From positions 11,656,001 through 11,720,000 of the forward strand of contig OZ024750.1 in the NCBI GenBank assembly GCA_964016885.1: a stretch of DNA of 64,000 nt. The letters are read 5' to 3'. Each line of letters begins with the position of its first letter. The stretch's first letter is position 1. Shown here one piece after another: positions 25,279 to 39,290 of the stretch. Position numbers and translations under genes: made by a program. Below the pieces are notes generated by a model. The model worked only from the letters and a program-made list of their open reading frames with translations, ran no database searches and was not told the origin of the DNA. The DNA is from Eledone cirrhosa. Its lineage: Eukaryota.

Positions 25279-25307
25279 ACACATATATACATATATACAC
25301 ACACGTA

Positions 25308-25347
<40 letters not shown>

Positions 25348-25441
25348 TATATATATATTAAAATACAAATATTAATAAAATAGATGTTCTTTTTATCAAT
25401 TACATTTTATTATACATATTTCGGATGTACAACAGTACATA

Positions 25442-25492
25442 TTTTGTCTGATGAGGATGTACTGTTGTACAACCGAAATATGTATGATAAAA
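25442..25492 (+). ncRNA. Hammerhead ribozyme-like motif in Penelope-end hairpin 25356-25542
   Basis: TTTTGT-CTGATGA-GGATGTAC tgtt GTACAACC-GAAA TATGTA TG-ATAAAA; the inverted arm keeps the AUA triplet. Confidence 0.7.
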
Positions 25493-25798
25493 TTTAATTG
25501 ATAAAAAGAACATCTATTTTATTAATATTTGTATTTTAATATTACTAACTCTCGAAAATTATTTTTCATAGAGTGCTTACAATCTACTGTAAAACACATT
25601 CTTTGATATACTCATTGAATATTGTTTAACTCTTTAATATAGATATATATATATATATATATATGTGTGAAAGTTCTATTTAAATTGTTGGGATACAACA
25701 AGCAAATATTTTTATAACTGATATAAAGCACTCAACAAATAATTAGAGTAAAAATACGATATTAACAAATGGAAACTATATTTATAAAACCATATTTA

Positions 25799-25859
25799 TT
25801 TCATTATACATATTTCAAGGACACCAAGTTAAATTATGGTGTGCTTTCATCAGATAAAA
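25799..25859 (-). ncRNA. Hammerhead ribozyme motif
   Basis: Minus strand: TTTTAT-CTGATGA-AAGCACACCA...TGGTGTCCTT-GAAA TATGTA TA-ATGAAA. Confidence 0.75.
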
Positions 25860-25933
25860 TATAATATAGAGCAGTTTTATAAATAAATATTGACATACCC
25901 TTAAAGAATGCAACCATTACTGTTGGAAGCTCC

Positions 25934-25985
<52 letters not shown>

Positions 25986-26326
25986 CATATATATATACAC
26001 ACGCGTGTGTATGGGTATTTATATATATATATATATCACATGCGTGTATATATATAGGTATGTATATCTATATATAAGGTTATTAGTACCAAATGTTTCA
26101 CAGGATCATATTTCTTCACAGTTGGTATAAACCTCTTCTTGGGACCCATTCAACGGAAATTGAAATATAACACCATTTCAAATATCTTTTCTAGAAAAAA
26201 AAATAAACATTTAAACAGACATTTTTAATAACAATGTTTTCATTTCCTTTCATTATTTTATCCTTTCTTTCTTCTTTTCTTTTTTTACCATTTTTTTTCC
26301 CCACCACTGCCAACCAATTTCTTTAG

Positions 26327-26436
26327 CAACCAACCATTAAAGATCTCATTGTCTTTGGCATCAGTATTGCATCAGGGATGGACTATTTATCTAAATTAAA
26401 GTTTGTCCACCGAGATTTGGCAGCAAGAAATTGTAT
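26327..26436 (+). CDS. MET/RON-like kinase exon (catalytic loop)
   Basis: [37 protein letters not shown]. Confidence 0.97.
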
Positions 26437-26754
26437 GTAAGTATATATATTTCAATATATGTTATATGTTGTTACAAGTTCAGTCTCAGTTCCCAGCTTT
26501 GATCTTTCTTTTTTTTCTTCTTTTTCCTTTTTTCTTTCTTTTTTTTTTTGTCTACTTCCTGTCAGTTTATTTGTTATATTATATTTGATATTTATATTTT
26601 TATTGTATTTCACTGTTTTTCTAATTTATTTATTTATTTATTTGTCTTTTTTGTGTTAATTATTAATTAGTCTAATACCAGAAGAAAAATATATATATAT
26701 AGTAGTAATAAAAAATACAAAGACCAAAATTCAGAGAGAACTCGATAAGGATTG

Positions 26755-26786
<32 letters not shown>

Positions 26787-27979
26787 GTTTAAACAAACAA
26801 TTTCTGCTTACACTCTAAAGCTTAAACTTTTAATCTGTGCTAGTATATATATATATATATATCATCATCATCGTTTAACGTCCATCTTCCACGCTTGCAT
26901 TGGTTTGGACGGGAATTTTCCCACTTGAGGCAAGATTGGTTGTCTTGCTCGTATAGGACTGTCTGGCAGGTTTCTATGGCTGGATGCCCTTCCTAACACC
27001 AACCACGTTTACAGCATACCACACCCATATATATATATGGGTGTGTTATGCTTTGACCTTCACAAATAAACGGATATTTTCATCTTCTAATAGTTTTTAA
27101 TTTATATATATATATATATATACATTTTAATTTAATTTAACCTGAAACAATCCTTAAATTTTTGTTTCAGGAAAAAAGCTTATTTGATTTCTAATTTCAT
27201 ATAAATTAAATAAATTTACATAATCATACATTTCCATACAGTCTCAAATTCCAGTCTTTGGTTTAATTATTAATTACTGCTTTTCCCATTAATTAAACTA
27301 ACGCATGTTTTCTGAACAAGTTTTAACATATAGAACAATGCCCATTGCCTAATCTTTCACTCCCAACTATACGCCATGGATTCTGAGGAACCCTAAGACA
27401 CGTCATTTAATAAAATTAATGAAGATTTATTATGATTTCTTCATTTTACATTTGAATAAATTCTCTCTGAAATAATTTTTTTAATTGAACATCTTTTTAA
27501 AATTAGAGTGGTGTAGATCATCTGTAAATGTAGTTATGGTTTGCTAAGGTTTTGGAAAATCATGACAAAATAACATTGGGATCTACTGCTCTATATAGTT
27601 ACATGTCCTGCTAGAAATAGAAGCTAAATCTCCCTCAAATCATACTTTGTTAATCATCCTTATCATCATCACTGCTTTACATCCATTTTTCCATGCTAGC
27701 ATGGGTTAGACAAGTTGTCCTGTTGTGAGACAAGTCAGATCACCCCCACCCCCCACCCCCTGTAAATATTCTCCCCAGAAACAGTGGTGTTAAGCTGTTT
27801 GATCAGCTTGAGAAACTACATAATAGATGCTCCTTCATTGATTGTTTTTGCTTATACAGAACTCATTCTGGATTGGTTTCTACACCGGGATACCCTTCCT
27901 AAAAACAACCACATTTACAGTGTGGACTGGATGCTTTTTATCATGACACGTACATGACAACCTTACTGGGTGCTTTTTT

Positions 27980-28112
27980 CTAATTTAACTGACCACCAGT
28001 AAATTACTAATTCAACTGACCACCAGTAAATTTCTAATTTAACTGACCACCAGTAAATTACTAATTCAACTGACCACCAGTAAATTTCTAATTGAACTGA
28101 CCACCAGCAAAT
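27980..28112. repeat. 27-bp tandem repeat, 5 units
   Basis: CTAATT(T/C/G)AACTGACCACCAGTAAATT(A/T). Confidence 0.85.
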
Positions 28113-28334
28113 TCTATAAACAGCATTCTAACCTAAATCATTTGTGATTTTTCCCAAATGTAAAACAATCAATGGATTTTTTTTTAAATCTTTCCCATAT
28201 AAACCCAGAATAAGAAATAAATAAAAAAAGAATAAGTAGGAATTGCAATGAATTTAGTCCAATATTCTACAAGGTTTGTGACTTCACAACCTTTGATAGC
28301 TAGATATACATTAATACTGAATATTGTCTTGCAG

Positions 28335-28497
28335 GCTTGATGAAAAACTTATAGTAAAAGTTGCAGATTTTGGTCTTTCTCGAGATATTTACGAACGAGA
28401 CTACTACAGCAGTGACAATAAGAAATCAAAGCTTCCTGTAAAATGGATGGCATTAGAAAGTTTGGAGACAGGAAACTATAACATCAAAACAGATGTG
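28335..28497 (+). CDS. MET/RON-like kinase exon (DFG, YY activation loop)
   Basis: [25 protein letters not shown]...[12 protein letters not shown]...KTDV. Confidence 0.97.
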
Positions 28498-29204
28498 GTG
28501 AGTTATTTTCTCTTTTACTTTTCAATTTACTGTTTATACTCGAATATAAGTTAATTCAAGAATAAGACCATTCCCTTTATTTTATGTCTGAGAAATAGGT
28601 GAAAATCCAAACCCTGTTTATAAACCAAGACAGCTAATTAGAACATTGTTTAGATGGCATATATAAGCCAATCTCCCATTTTACCATTGATTTTTTGGTG
28701 CTGATAGGGTTCTAATTACTAGTGACCTCGAATGGATGAAAGACAAAATTATATTACTGTAAATTTATATAGACGATTTTAATAATCCTAGTATATAACT
28801 GGTACTTATAATATTATGATGTGAAGCAAAAGTCGATCTTGGTAAGATTTGAACTTGGTACATGGAATAACAATACTGCAACGAATTTAATATGACTTTT
28901 GCACTAAGCAGTGCTGACTTGCCTTTTATTTTTTTGTGAAAAGCATTTAAAATTTTCCCACAGCATATGGAATAGTAAAGTAGGTCATGATCTGCTTTTA
29001 ACTGCACACTCTTTCATATATAGTAAATCTAGTGTGGATCTCTGATATCACAACTATATCCAGATAAATCTGTTGGCTTAGTATTATTGTTTTACCATTT
29101 CTACAGATGTCCTGATCTGTAAGGAGAGTAAGATCAATAAATATTGCATGGTATTGAGACTTAGTAAATCTAAATTGAGAATTGTATTATTGCTTTATGT
29201 TGCT

Positions 29205-29250
<46 letters not shown>

Positions 29251-29640
29251 TTGTTGTTGCTACTGTTGGTGTTGGTGATGATGATGATGATGATGATGAT
29301 GTTGTTGTTGCTACTGTTGGTGTTGGTGTTGGTGATGATGATGATGATGATGATGTGGTTGCTGTTATCGATGATGTTGCTGCTGCTGCTGTTTTTGTTG
29401 TTGTTCCTGTTGTTATTGTTGTTGTTGCTAGCAGTACTATCTTGGTCAATCAAAGAAAGTTATAGGTTTAAGTCAAAGCAGTTATAGCTCTGTGATGAAC
29501 ATATGCACTTTGCCACCAGGTGGCTCTCAGTTCAATCCCACTGTATGGTTACTTGAACAAGTATTTTCTGTTCTGGCCTTGGGTTGACTAATTTCCTTTA
29601 TGAGGAACATTTGGTTGACAGATATCAAGCAGAAGCCTGT

Positions 29641-29819
<179 letters not shown>

Positions 29820-30487
29820 GCACATGGCTTAGTGGTTAGAGCATTGGCCTTGCAATCGAAAGGTTGTGAGTTCAATTCTCAGACCGGGTGATGTGTTGTT
29901 TCCTTGAGCAAGACACTTTATTTCACATTGCTCCAGTTTACTCAGCTGTAGAAATGAGATGATAGGGACTGGGGTCCATATCATTCCACTGCAAAGTGGT
30001 CGTGGAGGTGCAAAAAAAAGTACCCAGCACTCACTGTAAATGAGGTTGGTGTTAGGAAGGGCATCCAGCTGTAGAAATCAAGCCAGAATCGGTTCCCGTC
30101 CCACCCTTGCAAGTAGGGAAAAGCGGACGTAAAATGAAATGATGATGATATATGTGTGTGTGTGTATATATATATATACATATACATACATACACACACA
30201 TATACACACACACACATATATATATATATATGGTTGGTATATTTGGTGTTAGTTAATCAACCAACACTACACAGGATATAACACTCAAAGTATATATGAA
30301 GGTCTGTATACTTGCTTCATGTTTATAGTGGCTTCCATTATGCTTGATGATGATGATAGTGGTGGTGGCGGCGGCAGTGGTGATTTCTCTTCCTTCATGT
30401 ATAAACATGTGGCTTCCATTATTCTTCCATTCTTACAAAATATGAGATTTAACAACTATATACACATAATTTCTCTCTGTTTTTCAG

Positions 30488-30624
30488 TGGTCATATGGTG
30501 TAGTGTTATGGGAATTATTCACCCGTGGAGTAAACCCTTATCCGACTGTTGACAATTGGGATATGCCCAAATTCTTAAAATCTGGCCGAAGAATGGACAA
30601 ACCAGACTATTGTCCAAGCAAAAC
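30488..30624 (+). CDS. MET/RON-like kinase exon
   Basis: WSYGVVLWELFTRGVNPYPTVDNWDMPKFLKSGRRMDKPDYCP. Confidence 0.97.
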
Positions 30625-31725
30625 GTAAGTATGGGTAAACTTCTGTATTGTATGTTCTTAATGTTTTCAGAAATATCTTCATTTTAAATCTGTTTACCAT
30701 ATTAGCATGGGTTGGACAGTTCTTTCCAGTCCAGGTAAGTTCTTATTCATAGTTACATATATATATCTATATATATATATGAAAAGATTCAGGACCCCGA
30801 CAGCTGAGCTGTTGTTTCAACAGCTAGATCTAGCTGTTGAAACAGCCAGAGCTCAGCTGTCGGGGTCCTGAATCTTTTCATATTACTCACTCTACTACCC
30901 CAAGTATCGAGTACTCTGGTGGGTTATGGTCCACCTGGTATCTTACCACACGCTCTCTGATATGTGTGTGTATATATATATATATGGAGGCACATGGCTT
31001 AGTGGTTAGAGCATTGGCCTTGCAATCGAAAGGTTGTGAGTTCAATTCTCAGACCAGGTGATGTGTTGTTTCCTTGAGCAAGACACTTTATTTCACATTG
31101 CTCCAGTTTACTCAGCTGTAGAAATGAGATGATAGGGACTGGGGTCCATATCATTCCACTGCAAAGTGGTCGTGGAGGCGCCACGGCAAAAAAGCACCCA
31201 GCACTCACTGTAAATGAGGTTGGTGTTAGGAAGGGCATCCAGCTGTAGAAATCAAGCCAGAATCAGTTCCCGTCCCACCCTTGCAAACAGGGAAAAGCGG
31301 ACGTAAAATGAAATGATGATGATGATGATGATGATATATATATAGGGTCGTCAAGTATGAAATGAAATTTGTAGAAATTTGTTTTTTTCTAGAAATTTCT
31401 AAAAATTTCATACTTGACGATCCAATATATATATAACACATACAGTTACTTGTAATACAAGTTTTGCCAAGTGGTTAGTACAGTCTGTAAAGTGTTAGTG
31501 TTGGTGCCATGATAAAATGCCATCCAGCCATAGATACCATGCCAGGCATAGAATGCACGGGCAAAATGAGGTCCCTTCCACTCATTTAGTCACTGACTAT
31601 GACAACCTATCCAACCCATGCTAATATGAAAGGGGGGATGTATAATGATAATGATGGTGATGATAATAATAATATTTGTGTATGTGAGTATATGTAAACA
31701 TTTGTTTTTTATTTTATTATCCCAG

Positions 31726-31912
31726 GTATGATATCATGTTACGGTGTTGGGAAGTAGATCAAAATTTAAGACCAGACTTTGCAACAATTGTTGAAGAACT
31801 TACTGAATTGAGTCAAATGGAAAAACACAGTGACATAGCCTTCAGTCAAATAATGTACTATGAGAACGTATCTTTTGCTTTAAATAACAATATCAAACCA
31901 ACAAGTGTATGA
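31726..31912 (+). CDS. MET/RON-like last coding exon
   Basis: YDIMLRCW...RPDF...MYYENV...KPTSV-stop (TGA at 31910-31912). Confidence 0.95.
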
Positions 31913-32653
31913 TTAGGACTATAACATTAAAGAAATTTCAACTAAAGGTTACAATACGACCATCAGAAACATATTTGTTTTATCCCACAAGGAAATCTCA
32001 ACCAAAAGTATATGTAGGACCATAAGAAGTCAGAAACCCATATATTTTTATCTCACGAGGAGTATAATGATAAAGAAAACTCAACCAAAAGTGTACGTAT
32101 GACTATCAGAAGTCATATTCATTTTTTTATCACACAAAGATATCTTAATTGCCTTTCAATATCATTTTTACCATTCCACATTTTATTTTTCAACCATTCT
32201 TATTAATTATCTGGTTTTAATTATTGAAAGGTTCTTTATTTTATAAACATCCCTGTCTAGAGATCCTGTGAAGTTTGTTTCCTCACAAATTATCTCCTAA
32301 AATCCTTTACAACATTGTGTGTGTGTGAATGAGAGAGAGAGACAGTGTGTGTGTGTGAATAAGAGAGAGAGATAGTGTGTGTGTGAATGAGAGAGAGAGA
32401 TAGTGTGTGTGTGAATGAGAGAGAGAGATAGAGTGTGTGTGTGAATGAGAGAGAGAGATAGTGTGTGTGTGAATAAGAGAGAGAGATAGTGTGTGTGTGA
32501 ATAAGAGAGAGAGATAGTGTGTGTGTGAATAAGAGAGAGAGATAGTGTGTGTGTGAATGAGAGAGATAGTGTGTGTATGTGTTCATTAGTAATCTTGAGC
32601 ACATTCATCGATTTTGGTTGTTTCTCACAAGATCTGTGTGAATGTTTGTATAT

Positions 32654-32706
<53 letters not shown>

Positions 32707-33196
32707 AATATATATATATACACATATATATATATATATATACATATATACATATATATATATATATAATCTAATCAGGCCGAGTTTACACTCGCAAATA
32801 AGAAGAACCAGGGCCGCCCCTAGGAGCATTGGATTTGGTGTGCTTCATATTTGTTTCAGTTGCTGAATACAATCAGGGGTCGCTGCTTCTCCTGAAGGTC
32901 AATAGTTTTCTTCTAACTCGAGCGGGAGCTCCTTTCCATTCTCAATTTGCATTGATCATCTGCAAAACCGCATTGTTCTCAGAACCACTACACCAGTCTT
33001 TCGATGTGTGCAGCTGGAACTACTGCCACCCATTGATTTGGCAGGATCACAACTCATTTCTATTGCTGAGTATACTGGAACAACGTGAAATAAAGTGTCT
33101 TGCTCAAGGACACAACACATCACCCGGTCCGAGAATTGAACTCACAACCTTTCGATTGCGAGCCCAATGCTCTAACCACTAATCCATGCGCCTTCA

Positions 33197-33232
<36 letters not shown>

Positions 33233-34400
33233 TATATAAATAAATTCACCCGTTAACCACATAAGGATATATATATATATGTACACATGTTTCGGGTTGG
33301 GTTTTTTTTTTCCACTTTTCGTCTGAGGACAAGGAGGGGTCTTTGTGACTATCATGTTTTTGTGTACATCCATCTAGACTAGGGAAGTAAATGCAGCACA
33401 GCTTTAACTTCTGTAGAAGAGAGGTTGATATGATTTGAGACTTTCAGAGGTCTGCAGTTATGAGAAGGAAGGAAGAGGACAGATTGTTTATTAGAGAGTC
33501 ATCTGTCTAGTGATTCTTTCCTGAGTCATTCTAACCACATGGCCCACCCCCCACCCCCGCCATGGTATTGGAGCTGTGATCTCTTGATTCAGAAGTAATG
33601 GCTCTACCTGGAGTGACTCTGATCTCCAGGCTACAAATCTGTCCAGTGATTCTTTCCTGAGACATTCTAACCACGTGCCCATATGGATCTCTCAATTTGG
33701 AGAAGTTTGGAGAAGTAGCAGCTCTACCTGGAGCTACTCTCAGATCTCTGGCCTACGCACTCTATCGAGTAACATTACTCCAAAGACACCTAGGAGGAAC
33801 CGTATTTTGGCCACTTGTATTCACTCAACTTCCCAGTTTCTCGTAATAAAATATAATAATAAGAAAACTCCCATGAGTTTCTTACCACTATATATGTAAT
33901 GTTATAAAAATATCTTAGTCTTTTGGTTCATGCTGTTGTTGTTAATCTGGGTTTGGATTGACTACAAAAGTACATTTTTATTTTTACTTTTTTTTGTTTT
34001 TGCTTATGAATTTTCCAAGTCTACAGTTACTGGCATTGCTATGATGTTCCATAAAAGTACAAGAACCCCATAGAGTAATTATTAGCTTCCAAGAAGCCAA
34101 GTTGTATTAATTTCAAATAAAAAATCTATTAAACCATTATGTATTACTTCATAACTTGGATGAGGATAACTTTCACCAAATTGACTCACTTTGGAAACAT
34201 AGAAACAAAATTTTGAGAAGTCTCCCAAAATATGAAATGATGGAATTTTCTTTTTTTTTTTTCCCCTGTAAATATTTTCCCCAGAAACTGTGGTGTTAAG
34301 CTGTTTGATCAGCTTGAGAAACTACATAATAGATGCTCCCTCATTGATTGTTTTTGTTTGTTTTTTGTCCTTGATTGCTATGAACAGAAAAGGTGTTAAC

Positions 34401-34440
<40 letters not shown>

Positions 34441-34854
34441 ATGTATATATATATATATATATATATAATTATTGAAAGGAACGTTGGTTGATCAATTAAT
34501 CAACTGATTGTAGTGTAAACAGATGTAAGTACTCCACGTCATGGGTACCTTAAGGAATTAACTATATGGTATCAGACAGAGCGTCAGTGGTTTTTATGTA
34601 TATATCCTCTGTTTATTATGTAATAAACAGAGGATGTATATATAAAACCGTCTTTTTTTTTTATAATATATATATTATTATATTATATATATATTCGTGA
34701 AGGACATAAAACATATCAGAGGTTATTGCATTTCAAGTACCAATAAATAAGGCAGATTCAACATGCAGCTGCACTTCTTAAAACCTGTTTATGTGTTTTA
34801 GGTATTGCCTTGTGATAAATACAGAGGACCTGTATAGGGAATATATGATGCTGC

Positions 34855-35460
34855 ACCATATTATATAGAGAATATATGGTACTATATAGAGAATATATGG
34901 TACTATATAGAGAATATATGGTACTATATAGAGGATATATGGTATTATATAGAGGATATATGATGCTACTCCATATTATATAGAGAATATATGGTATTAT
35001 ATAGAGGATATATGATATTATATAGCAGATATATGATGCTACATCATATTATATAGAGAATATATGGTATTATATAGAGAATATATGGTACTATATAGAG
35101 GATATATGGTTTTATATAGAGGATATATGGTTTTATATAGAGGATATATGGTATTATATAGAGGATATATGATGCTACTCCATATTATATAGAGAATATA
35201 TGGTATTATATAGAGGATATATGATATTATATAGCAGATATATGATGATGCTACATCATATTATATAGAGAATATATGGTATTATATAGAGGATATATGA
35301 TGCTACTCCATATTATATAGAGAATATATGGTATTATATAGAGGATATATGATATTATATAGCAGATATATGATGCTACATCATATTATATAGAGAATAT
35401 ATGGTATTATATAGAGGATATATGATATTATATAGCAGATATATGATGCTACACCATATT
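34855..35460. repeat. Minisatellite of about 21/30-bp units
   Basis: TATATAGAG(A/G)ATATATGGTA(C/T) with GATGCTAC..CATAT variants. Confidence 0.9.
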
Positions 35461-38400
35461 ATTATTATTATTCTGACCATTAATCTTGTCGCTGCAAAAA
35501 TTAAAAGAAAATGGTTAGAATTAAAATATATTTTTTTAAACAATTTGAAATGAAATTTGTTTACAATTTTATCAATTTCGCATGTTATTAGAAATTAATC
35601 ATAAAATTGATTAGAAACTTTTAACATGGTTTATTTTTTTGTTTTTTTTTGTGTTGTTTTCATTGTTTTCATTGTTTAATCAGAAGAAAGGGTAGCGGTA
35701 CCCATTGGTATTTAAGGGTCATCCATGATCTTTAAAAGCCAAAGATAAGTGAGATAGATTCATCTACAGGAAAAACATGGGTATGAAAGTAATTGTAGAA
35801 GGTTGGGTGAGCCTGATTAAAGGTGGTAACCAACTACATATTTCAGAAAATACCCCATAAGATGTCTTTAGTTGAATACTTTTGATATTCTTTTGATACT
35901 CTTTTTTTTTAAAACAACCAATGAGATTGTTTATCGAATGGGGTGGATCTCATCTTATTGAACCAAGGAAACAATGTTTCCATTGGTCTTTCCATTGCTG
36001 ATACTATCTATCAGTTGCAATTCCCAGCAGAAAGAACAACATGAAATAAAGTGTCTTGCTCAAGGGCATAACACAACACATTGCCTGATCCGGGAATCAA
36101 ACTCATAACCTCATGATTGTGAATCCAATTCTTTAACCACTAAGCCATGTGCCTTCACTTTAATAGCAGAAATATTTCTATAACTATTTTTGATTGATGA
36201 CAATGATTCTTCCAGAACTCCACAGAAAACTATCAGTATTACAGAAAAACATTTTAATACTCAATAACAGTAACTGTTGATTGACTTCAGTGTTAAATAG
36301 AAGTCTCATTTCTCAAAGGTTTGGAGACATTTTGGTAATGAATTACACCGTTGAAAGTTAAACATTGCAAATATATATATATATAATTATAAAATAAGTT
36401 CTCTAGTGCAGAAATGCTATAATGATAGCTTATAAGATAGGGTTAAGACCCTTAAAAGACGGAAAAAGAAGCTGCCATTGGCGTTATGAGGCAATGAACC
36501 CTATATCTTCCAGATACCAAGGAGATAGGGGTTCATCTTTTAAAGGTCTTCACCCTATTTTATAAGCCATCTTTATAGCATATGTGCACTTTCTTCATAC
36601 TTATATATATAATAATATATTCTCAGCACTTCAAAAGTAAAAAAATTCTTCGTCGTTCATTGTTTGATTGCAAATATTGTTTGTTTCTTTTTGTCTATTT
36701 TGTGGATGTGTGTATATATGTGTATACTTTATTGTTTTTAAATGTAAATTTAAAAGAAAAATGTAAAATAAAATTTTAAAATATATAAATAAAAATGATA
36801 CACAAAAAAACATTTTCTTTTCAGAAACTCTTACATAAAAAAAAAATGAACAAATTTTAATAAAAACGAGAAAAGAGAATTCCCCACTATCCCACCCCCT
36901 TCAGAATTACCTTAGTAATGACAAAATTGGTTCACAAAATTGAACCATTTAAACTAAATCCCAGTACCCACAACATAAAAGTTATTTGTATTTTTGATAA
37001 TAAATATAAATAATATACTGAAGTTTGTTGTCTCTGTTTTTTTTGTTTTTTTTATAAACCAAAGTAAATATTCAGCATTTCATATAATTTAACTTGTCTT
37101 TTTCGCCTCCATGTGAGCTCCAGAAGCTGTAGGGAAGGCAATCCATCTAAGAGAGTAGTTACTTCAAATAAATAAGACTGGATGAGATAAACTTAGACTC
37201 CATAAGCTATGGTGAATGTAACCCATCAAAGTGAGCAATTACTTCAAATAAATAAGACTGTAAGAGATAAGTATGGACGCCATAACCTATGGTTAACCCT
37301 TTAGCATTCACATTACTCTATATATACTATTATATTTTCACGGTAAATGCTTTATCTCATATAATATTGAATCTATGAGATTTTGAAAGTATTTATTTTG
37401 AGAACAATACCTTAACATCAGTTTGAATGACCTGTTACAGCCAGTTTCAACAGAAAAAGGTAGAGAATTCTGGCCAGTTTTGGCCGGTTTGAACATTAAA
37501 GGGTTAAAGCAGCCCAATGTAGAAAAGCATTCGTTCTGAATAAATATGGCTGCATGGGGGTGTAAATTTGAGCTCTGTAAGTCATAGCAGAGGCGACCCA
37601 TTTAAGAGAGTAACCATTCTGAATAAAGATTTATTTTTTACCAAAAATAGGGGTCGAATTTTACATAAGATCGTCTTTTACTCAAGTATATACGGTACTT
37701 ATTACTATTATTTATTATTATTATAAAGAAATTACCCCAGTGCATTACTGGTAAATTATTTTATCAAAAAACATAGGCGGAGGTGGTGAGAGCAGACCTC
37801 AGATCGCTGAAACTCACAGAGGAGATGACAAAGGACCGTGACAAGTGGAGAGATGCTGTGTTGAATAGGACCCGTCCCACCCTCGCAAGCAGGGAAAAGC
37901 GGACGTAAAATGATGATGATGTTTTATTTTATTGACCCCGTAAGGATGAAAGGCAAAGTCAACCTTGGCGCGATTTGAACTTACACTGAGGTTAACTTTG
38001 CCTTTCATCCTTACGAGGTCGATAAAATAAAACACCAGTAACGTACTGGAGTCGATATAATCGACTTTCCCCTCCCCCCAAATTACTGGCCTTGTGCCCA
38101 TACGAAAAAGTACCAGTAATGCACTGAATAATTGCTGGCCTTGTGCCTAAAGTAGAAACAATTATTTCCATTAATTTTACTGGTATTTTTTATTCTACAC
38201 TTATTATGTTTACACTTTTCATTAACATAGTATTAAGACGATGTTTACAAATAACTTTATGAGTAATGATATTAGTAAACATACGTCAACATTACACCTG
38301 GCTGTTTTTTTCTTCGTTACTGCCTCTTGCTCATGAAGAAGGGGAAAGGACCATAAGACATATCAAGGAAGGGAGATAACTCATATTGTTTTACAGAGTT

Positions 38401-38499
38401 GTCTTTCTTGCCAATACGTTTTTAAACTGTGCTTTATGTTCATATTTTAACGAAGCGATTGTCAGTCAATTAAATGATTTAATTTAAATCCTGATCATT

Positions 38500-39290
38500 A
38501 TGGAGCGCCAGATACCTTGCATTGCGGCATGGAGTTGTGGCCCTTTACGTTCTGAATTCAAATCCCGCCGAGGTTAACTTTACCTTACATCCTTATGGGT
38601 CGATAAAATAAAGTACCAGAACTGGAATCGATTTAATCGACTTTCCCCTCCCCCAAAATTGATGGCCTTGTGCCTATATAAGAAACCATTATTATTATCA
38701 TATCGGTGGTGGATTGGCAATATCGGTAGAGAGTCGGACACCATGCTTTGAAGCATAGAGTTACGTCCCTTTATGATCTGAGTTCAAATCCCGCCGAGGT
38801 TAACTTTGCCTTTCATCCTTACGGGGTCGATAAAATAAAGTACCAGTAATGTACTGGGTAATTGCTGGCCTTGTACCTAAAATAGAAACAATTATTATCA
38901 TATCGGCGGATTGGCAGTATCGGTAGAGGGTCTGATGCCATGCTTTGACGCATAGAGTTACAGCCCTTGCCATTTTGAGTTCAAATCCCGCCGAGGTTAA
39001 CTTTGCCTTTCATCCATACGGGGTCGATAAAGTAAAGTACCAGTAATGTACTGGGTAATTGCTGGCCTTGTGCCAAAAGTAGAAACAATTATTATTACGA
39101 TCTGAGTTCAAATCTCGCCGAGGTTGACTTTGCCTTTCATCCTTACGGGGTCGATAAAATAAAGTACCAGTAATGCACTGTGTAATTGCTGGCCTTGTGC
39201 CTAATGTAGAAACAATTATTATTATATAGAGGGTGGTTGATTGGCAGTATCGGTAGAGGGTCGGACGCCAAAAGTAGAAACAATTATTAT
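38500..39290 (+). mobile_element. Head-to-tail cluster of about 5 family A SINE copies
   Basis: Repeated B-box/Nin-like core at about 38550, 38780, 38975 and 39100, plus a head fragment at 39235. Confidence 0.85.
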
